Positions 1 to 9,536 of a DNA stretch of 32,000 nt are shown here, piece by piece (position 1 is the stretch's first letter; each line of letters begins with the position of its first letter). The position numbers were made by a program, and so were the translations under genes. The notes under the pieces were generated by a model that searched no databases, was not told the origin of the DNA, and saw only the letters and a program-made list of their open reading frames with translations. The DNA comes from Faecalibaculum rodentium (GTDB lineage: Bacteria; Bacillota_I; Bacilli_A; Erysipelotrichales; Erysipelotrichaceae): NCBI RefSeq assembly GCF_001564455.1, contig NZ_CP011391.1, positions 1,500,001 through 1,532,000 of the forward strand. Direction: 5' to 3'.

Positions 1-228
1 CTGGAGCGGTTTCCCACCCTCGAAAACTGTTTCTGTCTTGTGCGGGATGGCCGCCTGATCTGTGTCCTGGGCTGTTACCTCATAGAGGATACGGTGGGTG
101 AATACCCGGAAATGGTGGTGAATGTGTTTTCCGCCAAAGGGCTCCAGGATGCGGAAATCGCAGACTCTGCCCTGATCTGGGACAAGGGGATGGAGTTTAG
201 GGCTGTAAACAGTAACATCCAGGCATGA
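1..228 (+). CDS. 3' end of a hypothetical protein gene, with the 5' end outside the window
   Basis: The frame of the 40..228 ORF is open back to nt 1 (LERFPTLENCFCLVRDGRLI...). A hairpin terminator follows. I recognise no family. Confidence 0.4.
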   Translation: MERFPTLENCFCLVRDGRLICVLGCYLIEDTVGEYPEMVVNVFSAKGLQDAEIADSALIWDKGMEFRAVNSNIQA

Positions 229-302
229 ATGTAAGCGTTTGAGTAGAACACTTTCATTTCGTATGGTAAGCTTTAGCCATCTCCTTCTAGACCATACATG
301 AG

Positions 303-330
303 CAGGGCCGGCATTGCCGGTCCTGTTTGT
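303..330 (+). terminator. Rho-independent terminator candidate for the upstream plus-strand gene
   Basis: The 10-bp stem cagggccggc/gccggtcctg (one G-T pair) has a 3-nt loop and is followed by tttgt. Confidence 0.5.
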
Positions 331-340
331 GGGTGATGAT

Positions 341-372
341 GACGAAAGCCCCGTTCAGCTGAGCGGGGCTTT
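341..372 (-). terminator. Terminator hairpin downstream of the small pilin gene
   Basis: The 9-bp stem aaagccccg/cggggcttt sits just after the stop at 378. On the minus strand it is followed by tttcgtc. Confidence 0.5.
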
Positions 373-377
373 GCGCG

Positions 378-1106
378 TTACCGGCTTTCCTTGCGCAGGT
401 TGAAAAGGAGAAGAACGATGAACACAAGTGACAGCAGGAGCAGTCCTGCATACTGCATCCAGCCTGTTTCTGTGGAAGTGGGCGTCTTTCCCGGTTTCTG
501 CGGTGTCTTATCCTTGGGAGGAGTGACCGGCAGTTTCTTCGGGTCCGACTTCGGCGTGGCAAACACGTCGTATTCATACACAGGGATCTCGCTGCCATTT
601 TCATATATGGCTCTTGGCAGCGAGATTAGGAAAGGAGGCATGGCTTCATACCCCGGAGCTGCCTCCGGCTGGGTCACCAGCCACAGACCCAGAGAAATGT
701 CATGATCAGCTGTGGAGAAATCCGCGATCCCGGTTTCGGGAACCTGTTCGGATTCACCAGCATACTTCTGTTTCTGTGCATACTCCATCAGTTCCCGGGA
801 CAGTTCGTGATTGACATCCAGATCATGATTGGCAAGCTGTTCATTCAGCCGCTCATTCGTGACAATCCCTGCGAACTCGGGTACCGCTTCAAACTCGTAG
901 CCGGACGCCGTCTGTACGATATTTGCGACCTTATATATAGTGATCGTACCGCCAGGGACAGGCTCGCCTTTTGGCGTGTGGACCTCAAACCTCAGAGAAG
1001 CGGGATGATCCAGATCTATATAGTCCAGCTGTTCGGCCTGGACAGGCAGTCCCATACACAACAGCAATGCTGCCAGGCAGGCTGCCAGTTTACGAATCAC
1101 TTTCAT
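378..1106 (-). CDS. Minor (probably basal) pilin subunit with a non-canonical sorting signal
   Basis: It has a signal peptide (MKVIRKLAACLAALLLCMGLPVQA) and a pilin-type motif (GLWLVTQPEAAPGYEAMPPFLISLP). A Pro/Lys-rich tail (PKKLPVTPPKDKTPQKPGKTP) precedes STETG, a hydrophobic helix and RKESR. The start overlaps the sortase stop by 17 nt. Confidence 0.75.
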   Translation of the reverse strand: MKVIRKLAACLAALLLCMGLPVQAEQLDYIDLDHPASLRFEVHTPKGEPVPGGTITIYKVANIVQTASGYEFEAVPEFAGIVTNERLNEQLANHDLDVNHELSRELMEYAQKQKYAGESEQVPETGIADFSTADHDISLGLWLVTQPEAAPGYEAMPPFLISLPRAIYENGSEIPVYEYDVFATPKSDPKKLPVTPPKDKTPQKPGKTPTSTETGWMQYAGLLLLSLVFIVLLLFNLRKESR

Positions 1107-1938
1107 CAGGTTCTCCTTTCGATTTAGGCTTCCTAGTTTTTAACATAAGACAGAGGAACAAGAATATCAGTATTGGAATGGCAACACACATTGCCACGAC
1201 CTTCGTATCGATCTGGCCGGCATCCGAAGCGGCTTCCCACTCCTTCAGGTTTTCCACACGGTGTCCCGTAATCAGAATCCGGTGAGTATTGATTCCATAG
1301 GGGGTACAAGTTACAAGTGTCAGCAGATCCTTTTCCGGATCGATGGCAAGTCCTTCAATTTCCTTCGGCTCGACAATACGGATTGTATCCACCTGATACG
1401 TCAGAGTTTCATTCAGCACCTTCAGGATCACATAGTCATCTTCCACAACCTTGTCCAGGTCCGTGAACAGCAGAGCTGATGGAAGTCCACGGTGACCGGT
1501 AATGACGGTATGGGTTCCAAGGCCACCTACCGGAAGAGAAGACCCTTCCAGATGACCAGCACCCACAGCCAGGACTTCCTCGGAAGTACCATGATAGATG
1601 GGAAGCGAGATATCCACAGAAGGAACAGTGATAGATCCCATGATGTCCGAACCACCAACGGACAGCTGTTTTTCATATTCTGCGTGTTCAGAATCAGTGG
1701 GATTGAATCTGTCATTGCTTTTTATCAGAGAATCGTTATATAGCTTTGCATTTGAAATTAACTCATCATATTTATGAGGAGCAAGGTTTTCTACTACATT
1801 TGAGTAATCATTTATTACTCGACTTCCTAGCTGAGTATTCCACCAGTTTGCCACTGTCGGATAGGCCAGCAATCCAAGACCCACCACAAATACGATGACA
1901 ATGACAATCGTAGATAAGTGTTTTCTTATAAACTTCAA
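1090..1938 (-). CDS. srtC: Class C (pilus-polymerising) sortase
   Basis: It has an N-terminal TM segment, the catalytic TLVTCTPYGINTHR motif and a C-terminal hydrophobic anchor, which are typical of class C sortases. The start is TTG, preceded by GAAAGGGA. Confidence 0.9.
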   Translation of the reverse strand: MKFIRKHLSTIVIVIVFVVGLGLLAYPTVANWWNTQLGSRVINDYSNVVENLAPHKYDELISNAKLYNDSLIKSNDRFNPTDSEHAEYEKQLSVGGSDIMGSITVPSVDISLPIYHGTSEEVLAVGAGHLEGSSLPVGGLGTHTVITGHRGLPSALLFTDLDKVVEDDYVILKVLNETLTYQVDTIRIVEPKEIEGLAIDPEKDLLTLVTCTPYGINTHRILITGHRVENLKEWEAASDAGQIDTKVVAMCVAIPILIFLFLCLMLKTRKPKSKGEPDESDS

Positions 1939-1960
1939 GTCATCATCCCTTTCAGCAAAG

Positions 1961-2016
1961 CCTGGAAAGCCAGGAATGTATTCCTGGCTTTCCAGGCCGA
2001 AGGAGAAACCTCCTTC
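1961..2016 (-). promoter_or_regulatory. Two intercistronic hairpins between the major pilin and sortase genes, a possible partial terminator or mRNA stabiliser
   Basis: One is a perfect 14-bp stem, cctggaaagccagg/cctggctttccagg (1961-1996). The other is a 7-bp stem, gaaggag/ctccttc (1999-2016). Confidence 0.5.
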
Positions 2017-2045
2017 AGCCTGAAAACGAGATTTAGAAGAAGAGA

Positions 2046-3671
2046 TTAGTCTTTGCGAGTACGCTTGTTCGTTACGTAGAAGACTGCAGCACCGGCTACC
2101 ATGACAGCACCTACGCCGTAAATCACGGTTGTACCCATACCACCGGTTTCGGGCAAGTTAGAAATTTTGGAGTTTTCTACTGTAACAGCCGGGTTGCTGT
2201 TTTCATCTAAAGTAACAACGCCTTTGTTCTGGCTTTCTACTGTAACTTTTTCATGTCTATCAGCATTAATAGTAATTGTTGTTTCGCCATTTCCGGGAAT
2301 TGTATAACCACTAGGAGCAACGGTTTCTTTCAGTGTATACACACCTTCATCAACTCCATCCACAAACAGTAAACCGTTCTTATCCGTTACGAGTTTAGTT
2401 TTTTCGGTCTGACTCTGTACCCAACCAGCGAATTTATAAATCGTTTTAACATTCTCACCTTCACCAGTTGTAGTTACATTAAATTCTGCGAATTGCTGGT
2501 CACTATTTTTCAGAACGAACTGAGCACCTTCAAGTTTTTCATGATCTTTATCTTCCTTCGTTACTTGAATTTCATAGGATCCAACAAATACGTCATGGTG
2601 CTCTGTTTTACCAGTTCCACTTGTGCTTGGGTTATTCGAATATTCCAAGTATACTTCGTTTTTGTTTGTAAATTCAGTATTTGAGATAATTGCATTTTCA
2701 TTCAAGGAGGCTGAATATTCCACAGTTACCACTATTGTACTGTTGTCAGAAAGGCCATCAACATTTTCAATTTTTGCCTTCAAATCTGCAATCGTAACCT
2801 GCAATTTATCTGTTGTATCCTCTGTTATCTGATCACCACTCTTTATAATTGCATCTTTAATGGGGATAGTTGTGGATGTTCCATTCGTGGTTACTACAGC
2901 ATTAACGGATACTGTATCGTCACCGCCGTAAGTGATACCATCACTCCATGTATCGTGGAATACCAATTTGTAAGCATCATAATTTTTTATGTTATACCAG
3001 GTTAAGCTATTTGCTGTAAGCCTGAACTTAAACGATTTATGTAAATCCATATCGGCTGTGTAGCCCCAATCGCCATTAGTATCTTTTGTATCCTTGTTAT
3101 CGTTATCTTGTACTTCCTTATCAACACCCGGTTTGTTGTTTTTTGGAGCAATGGTGATATCTTTTGTAGCTACCTGCAGAATACTAAGGCCAGCGTAATC
3201 ATTCAGACCGCTAACATTTGTAGTGTCTACTAACAGCCAGTAACCAGTTGCCAGCTTATTATTTTGGCTTAGATCCTGAGGCGTTCCCAAAAGGCTTTTA
3301 TTATCATCAAGAACCTTTGCGAATTGTCTTGCCACACTGTCTTTGTTATTAGCTGTAGCAAGTTTATCTGCTAAAGTCGAGGCACTCGTTGCACCGTCCA
3401 GTCCTTTAATTTCCACTGCTTTTTCAAGCAGTTTGCTTCTGTTTTCTTCAGGGATTTCATCTGCCCACTCGATCTGAGTCAAATCAGTCGAATCTGGAAC
3501 TACTGAACCCTTGAATATTTTATATGCTACATATGAGTGATTTGCAGGTTCAGTTGGCAGTGTAACAGTAGCATCAGCAAATACAGGCATTGCATTGAGA
3601 AGGGAAGCTACAGGAGTCATTGCCATACTGAGAGCGAGTGCACCAGCGGCGAGGAGTTTGTTTGTTTTCAT
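2046..3671 (-). CDS. LPXTG-anchored major pilin (backbone subunit)
   Basis: I trimmed the start to MKTNKLLAAGALALSMAM (RBS gaaagg), which gives a signal peptide. A pilin-motif-like ITIAPKNNKPGVDKEV is present. The C-terminal CnaB-type domain reads GVYTLKETVAPSGY, followed by NLPETGG, a TM helix and KRTRKD. Confidence 0.85.
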   Translation of the reverse strand: MKTNKLLAAGALALSMAMTPVASLLNAMPVFADATVTLPTEPANHSYVAYKIFKGSVVPDSTDLTQIEWADEIPEENRSKLLEKAVEIKGLDGATSASTLADKLATANNKDSVARQFAKVLDDNKSLLGTPQDLSQNNKLATGYWLLVDTTNVSGLNDYAGLSILQVATKDITIAPKNNKPGVDKEVQDNDNKDTKDTNGDWGYTADMDLHKSFKFRLTANSLTWYNIKNYDAYKLVFHDTWSDGITYGGDDTVSVNAVVTTNGTSTTIPIKDAIIKSGDQITEDTTDKLQVTIADLKAKIENVDGLSDNSTIVVTVEYSASLNENAIISNTEFTNKNEVYLEYSNNPSTSGTGKTEHHDVFVGSYEIQVTKEDKDHEKLEGAQFVLKNSDQQFAEFNVTTTGEGENVKTIYKFAGWVQSQTEKTKLVTDKNGLLFVDGVDEGVYTLKETVAPSGYTIPGNGETTITINADRHEKVTVESQNKGVVTLDENSNPAVTVENSKISNLPETGGMGTTVIYGVGAVMVAGAAVFYVTNKRTRKD

Positions 3672-3738
3672 AAATTTCCTTTCTAACAATCTGTTGTTTG
3701 TTATGAATGATTCAATTGATGGAGGGGTTTGGGGAGGG

Positions 3739-6700
3739 TTAGTGAGCTTCACCTCCCTTTCTTCTCCGTCTCCGTTTATATCTGTACAGACAGGTACCGG
3801 TTAGGAGGAGGATCGTACCGGTTGCTGTATAGACCTTGGTTCCAGCACTTCCCGTTTCGGGGAGTTCATACTTTTGCAGTTCGTTTTCAATTTTTACCGA
3901 ACTGAAACGAATGGTCTGAACATTTGCATCAACTTTTGTTGTATCTAAATTAATAGTTATTGGCTTTGAATTTTGTAATCGCAACAAGTAGCCTTCTGGA
4001 GCTTTTGTCTCGACAAGCGTGTACACACCTGGTTGAAGATCACTGAATATTAAACTACCGTTTTTGTCGGTTATTCCTGTTCTTAAGGGATTTGTTTGTA
4101 AATCCGTACCAGAGTATAAGTTGAACACAGCCCCTTGAAGTTTTTTATTACTGTTGGCACTATCAACTTTTTCAACCCGTAACTGATAAACAATCTTAGT
4201 GTTGGTAATCGTAAATTTGATTGGTTTTGTCGAATTATCAACATTGATTTCAATGTTTTCGAGATGATAGAAAACCGGATAGTGTGGATTATTATTATGT
4301 TTCCGACTTATCCCGAATGAGTTTACATCTGGATTTGAGTTGAATGTGACGAAATCGCCTTTAGGCCCCTCACCATCCCAGCTATACAATGTTGCTTTAT
4401 TACCGTCATATAAGAAACCATTCAAATCGTTACTATTACCATATTTAGAGCTAAACTGGATTCCGTTATCAGATTCATAAGATCCAACTAGATAATGACC
4501 GTTACTCCTGGTCATCATCAATCCCGTTCGCCCTGATATATTTTTGGCTGTAAGTACGGCTAGATTATTCTGCTGTAAATACCCTGATTTTTGACCGTCA
4601 ACCGAAGATACTTTATTGGTCAGTTTAACCGTGTCGTTAGAATCTATATCATGTTCATGAGTTGTGTTCTTTAAACTCTGATCAGTAGATTCATCTACAA
4701 GCAGATACTGTTTTCCAGCTTCAATGCTATTTGCCTTAACCCATACTTGTTTTTGTTCTGTCTGAGGGCCATCAATAACAGTTTGGTATGAAGCCACATA
4801 TCCAGGAATAGATTCCTCTTCGACAGAGTAAATATAGTTTTTACCGCTAATATCAGAAGTTGGCATTGCACCCCATTCATACTGCCAATTCGAGTCTTTA
4901 TTCAATTGCACTTCAGAGACTTTTTCTCGACTGGAATCATCCTCTCCATCCAATTTTCTGTATAAAGTGATTTTAATATTTTTATCTGTATAATCTGTTG
5001 AGTCCCCTACCCAGTTCTTCTCAACTCTGATTTTTCGTACTGGAGTTTTAATATTTACAAATGTTGCTGGGCTTCGAACATTAGATAAGTCAATTGTCCA
5101 CCCAGTTATATGTGTAGTTCCATTGATTGGATCAACTACGATAGAGTCATGTGTAATGGATGGAGTAACTTCAATATCATCTGGGTATTGAGAAACTGTT
5201 ATTTTGTTTCCATTCGAATTATGTTGAATAGTTGTATTGTATTCTAATACTATTATCTTTACTTTATCTTGTGTTATTGGATCAACATATTCTTTCTCTA
5301 TCGGTTTGCTACATGATGTCGAATATGGAATTCGAATCTCATAGGTTTTAGTATCATAACTAACATCAGTACGATTACCGTTAATCTCTTTTAGTACATA
5401 ACTGGCAATACCAGAGGAGTTACTATCAATATCTGGTTTAGGATCGGGTTGAATTGCTATTCCATGAAATATAATGTTTCCTTGTGCATCTGATGTTCCT
5501 GTAGAAATCAAGGTTGTTTCATCTGAGCTCCAGAGTTGGAAAATAAACCCAGATTTATCACTTTCTTGAATGGCGCCATCCTTGTCCGTTATGGCTTTAG
5601 TTGACTTAATCGAGATAGGCTCAGAATTAAAAATCTCTTTTACATTACCTCCAATCATATAGCCATTAATTAGAATCCCACCTCCATGCATATCTGAACG
5701 GTTACCCTCAATTATCAGTTTTGATGGTCCTTCTTTTAGATTACCGGCTGTTAAACCCATACAGGTCTTAGAAGTCAGCCATCCACTTTCGACGTTAGTG
5801 ACTACACCACCATCAACATTTCCTGTCCAAGAGGCTCCCTGATCTCCGAACATGCCATAAACACTTGCAAAGAAACATGTAAAGTAATCATGAGCCTGGT
5901 CCTTGTTAAGCGATATTGCTGTTGAGTAGGTACCGTCATATGGTTTTTCTCCTGCTGACCATCTTTCTCCGTTACCTAATTCATTTTTATTAACTACTAC
6001 TTTTTCATCTACTGCGATTTTTCCAGTCGAACAGCCAGCAATTCCGCCGCCATAGACATAAGCCCAGTTATTTTGAACTGTAGCTCCTCTCGGCAAAATC
6101 AGATTCGCAGTGTGGCCAACGAATATTCCACCTCCGCCCCACTGATTATTAGTCTTTGTGATATTTCCGGCAATTTTACCTTCAAACAGAATTGCTGTAG
6201 CATATCCATCGAAATTGCCACTACTGTCTTTTGCTTGTAATGACAGTCCTCCGCCTTCATTCAGTCGTGCAATATTATTGCTGATTTCACCATCGAGCAT
6301 ATATAGGGTGGTATTGGTATCAGATAAGCTAATCCCGCCACCAGAATTGTCGGTCATATTACCGTGGATTAATGCACCTTCACGGAGATAGACACTGGCC
6401 CCAGATTCAGCCTTAATTCCACCACCAGTCGCCCAGGACCCAGATGGATTACCTTGAGCGCTATATACTGCGTTTGCACAAATTTTTGCGGAATTTACGT
6501 TCAGAGTGGCTCCTGACTTTACATTTATTCCGCCGCCACCATTGTTTCTCGTACCTACAAAAGCATTTCCTGTACCTGTTTGTGTGATATTTCTGCAAAT
6601 CTCGACGCCACCGTCTAAAGTCACAGTTGTTGTTCCTTGAATAAGAATTCCTGCACCTGGTTCTTTTATACCAGAAGCACTTCCATTGGAATTATAGTCT

Positions 6701-8256
6701 CCAACATGGTCAGTAATCGCACCACCATTCACGTTTAGAGAGCCATTGGATATATTAATTCCGCGATGACCACCGGCAATAAAAGCATCAGTCAGTTGAA
6801 TGTTTCCAGCTGAACTGGATACAATCCCGGTTCCTTTTTTGGTGTAGAGGACAGCCTTAGATATTTCAAGGCTTCCATGGCCGGATATAGTGATTGCATT
6901 CCCATCTTCACTTTGCAAAATGCCAATACGATTTAAGCGAGATTGTTGCCAGTTTTGATTTACTGTTTGCGACGGATCGTTAGGGTTCTCATCAGTTACG
7001 TAAGAACTCTTACTATTCGTATAAACAAAACTACTGTTAGTTCCCTGTTGTAAATTTGTTCCAGGGGATCCCCCACGGAAATTTTCATCATTTTCATATC
7101 CGTTGGATCTTGAATCTATAATTCGCAATTTATGATTCCCTGATACTTCAAACAGCGAGCTATTTCCTTTAATATAATGGCCTTGCAAATCGATTGTTGT
7201 AGTACCCTCTCCACTTAACTTGTGGTTATTATTACCTTCTCCATAGTTTAAGGACCAATTATCTATATTTTCGGATACGTAATTCTCTTGGCCCCAGTTT
7301 ATATTTTGATCGTTTTGACTTAAGGATTTGGGTGTCCGAGATTCATTAGCCAACGTATACACTGTAAAGCTGTTACCCTTGAATCTGATACTGTCAGTAG
7401 TCTGAGTTGTTTCCAGCTTATCCTTGGTTTTCTCTATAGATTCGATCTCACCGTTCTCAAAGAAGTGGAAGATACTGGTCTTGTCTTTATTTGATTTATC
7501 ATCACCTTCAAACTCAATCTCCACATGCACCGGCTGCATAGGTTCCACTTTCTGGAGCTCCATGTTCTCATCCCGTACGTAGAAGGTCAGGTCATAGTTC
7601 CTGAAGGTATAGCTCTTGTCTTTGTCCAGCTGTTCCTGGACTTTTTTCTGTTCCTCTTCGGTCAGTTCGACTTTCTTTGCCTGGAAGACTACATCTTCGG
7701 TTTCAAAGGTGCCTGCATTCCAGCTGACTTTAATCTTCGCTCCGTCTTCTGCCTCGACTTCCTGTGTGAAGTCATAGGTCACAACAGTCTCTTCATCTTT
7801 GGGTTCCTCAGCCGGCTTTTCTTCATCGGCTTTCGGATCCTCTTCCGGCTTCTGTTCATCTTCTGTCGGTACTTCCGGATCGGTCGGTTCTTCCGGCTGT
7901 TCCGGATCGGTGGATTCTTCTTTCTGGATGGCTTTCCATACGGAGTGAACATCCACGTCAGTTTTGCTGAAGGTTTTCTCCCTGACCTGATTATCCCAGT
8001 CGCCCATCCAGGCCTTGACTGTTTCTTCCATCACTTCATTGACAATGCCGGCCTTGAGCTGGTCTTTTTCGTCATAGACGAACAGGACATCTCCAGCCTC
8101 GGCTTCATCCACGGCTTTGAGCTCGCCTTTGTCATGTAGCTGTTCCAGCCAGTCGGATACATGCTTTTTCGCATCGGCTGTTTCAATACCTGCATAGTGC
8201 AGGACAAATCTTGCATAGGCTCCGGCCCAGTCTTCATAGGGATCTTCATCCCACTG
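3739..8256 (-). pseudogene. Pilus tip adhesin, downstream (C-terminal) fragment of about 1504 codons, cut off from its signal peptide by the IS
   Basis: The frame is open from the IS junction (QWDEDPYEDWAGAYARFVLHYAGI...) to the stop at 3739. It contains an acidic P/E/K linker, seven GGG[IL]-containing beta-helix-type repeats and CnaB/SpaA-like modules (IRVEKNWVGD; VYTLVETKAPEGY). It ends with ELPETG, a TM helix and RRRRRK. Confidence 0.85.
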
Positions 8257-8352
8257 TGACCTTAGAATAATTTACGGACAGTCCATTTAGAGATTCTAAG
8301 AATACCGGTATCTATGTCATAGAACTACAATCACTATGAAAGAGGAAAATCT

Positions 8353-8652
8353 ATGGCAAAGAAACGTAAAACATTTACAGATGAATTCAAGCAGGATGCG
8401 GTTCAATTTTTGACTAACCATCCAGAAATGACCGTTATAGAATGTGCTGAAACACTTGGTGTAGGCCGCAGCACCCTGGAAAGATGGAGGGCAGATTTCA
8501 ACCGATCCGGTCTTTCAGCTGTGACAGCTCATAATAATGACAAGGAAGAAAAAGACCTTCTCAAAGAAAATGTCAGGCTTCAACGAGAACTCAGGGACTC
8601 ACAGGAGGCTTTGAAGATTCTAAAAAAAGCCATAAGCATTCTGGGAAACTGA
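8353..8652 (+). CDS. IS3-family transposase OrfA (HTH)
   Basis: MAKKRKTFTDEFKQDAVQFL... matches the typical IS3 OrfA helix-turn-helix and leucine-zipper N-terminus. Confidence 0.9.
   Translation: MAKKRKTFTDEFKQDAVQFLTNHPEMTVIECAETLGVGRSTLERWRADFNRSGLSAVTAHNNDKEEKDLLKENVRLQRELRDSQEALKILKKAISILGN
8622..8629 (+). promoter_or_regulatory. Programmed -1 ribosomal frameshift site (A AAA AAA G) that would produce the OrfAB transposase
   Basis: Seven A residues followed by G lie in the orfA zero frame (CTA AAA AAA GCC). The -1 frame continues KKSHKHSGKLKQVEYELVAEDHKAGIQFSVSRVLHKLGLSRSGYY into orfB. Confidence 0.75.
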
Positions 8653-8717
8653 AGCAGGTCGAATACGAACTTGTTGCCGAGGATCATAAAGCTGGAATCC
8701 AATTCTCGGTATCCAGG

Positions 8718-9536
8718 GTGCTTCATAAACTTGGTCTTTCAAGATCTGGCTATTACGACTATTTAAAGCGGAAACCCAGCCACCAGGAAAAGCGCAGGCA
8801 TGATGTGAAAAAGGCCATCCTTCAGATTTATGAAGACAGCCACGAAAACTACGGAGCGCCAAAAATCGCTAAAATCCTGAACTCAGGAGGGATCTCCATT
8901 ACAGAAAGGACCGTTGGTGTTTATATGCGTCAAATGGGGATCCGAGCACAGTGGGTCAAGCCTCATACACAAACCACAATACGAAGTGATTTCAGTGGAA
9001 ATCTGAAGAATCTTCTGGATAGAAACTTCTCTCCGGCTCACCCAAACTGCGTATGGTGCACAGATATCACCTATATCCACACAAAGCTGGACGGATTCGT
9101 TTACCTTGCCTGCATCATGGATCTGTATTCCAGAAGGATCATTTCCTGGAAGCTTACAAAAACGCTGGACACAGGTCCAATTCTGAAATCGATCGAAGAA
9201 GCCAGAAAACGCCGGCCGTCCCAGGAACCGATAATGATTCATACGGACCGAGGAATCCACTATACCTGTGATCTGTACAGAAAACTGACCAGAGGAATGA
9301 TTCGCAGTTATTCAGCAAAAGGAGTTCCGTATGACAACGCCTGTATTGAATCATTCCACTCCCTGATCAAGAGGGAATGGCTGAGCAGGTTCGATATACA
9401 GAACTACAGGCATGCATACCGACTGGTGAGTCAGTATATAGATGACTGGTACAACCCTGAACGGATACACAGCCACTGTGGATATATGTCCCCAGCAGAA
9501 TATGAAGTAATGTTCCAAAGGACCAGCACTGACTGA
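8718..9536 (+). CDS. IS3-family transposase OrfB (DDE/rve integrase core), expressed as an OrfAB fusion
   Basis: It carries rve-type motifs: WCTDITYI, IHTDRGIHYT and YDNACIESFHSLIKRE. The frame is -1 relative to orfA. Confidence 0.9.
   Translation: MLHKLGLSRSGYYDYLKRKPSHQEKRRHDVKKAILQIYEDSHENYGAPKIAKILNSGGISITERTVGVYMRQMGIRAQWVKPHTQTTIRSDFSGNLKNLLDRNFSPAHPNCVWCTDITYIHTKLDGFVYLACIMDLYSRRIISWKLTKTLDTGPILKSIEEARKRRPSQEPIMIHTDRGIHYTCDLYRKLTRGMIRSYSAKGVPYDNACIESFHSLIKREWLSRFDIQNYRHAYRLVSQYIDDWYNPERIHSHCGYMSPAEYEVMFQRTSTD

Noticed and set aside
7525-8139. A 204-aa plus-strand ORF (Phe/Leu-rich), together with other plus-strand ORFs inside the adhesin and pilin genes.
   Set aside because: It is antisense to the acidic Glu/Lys/Pro linker of the adhesin. 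The composition mirrors the sense strand, and there are no translation signals.
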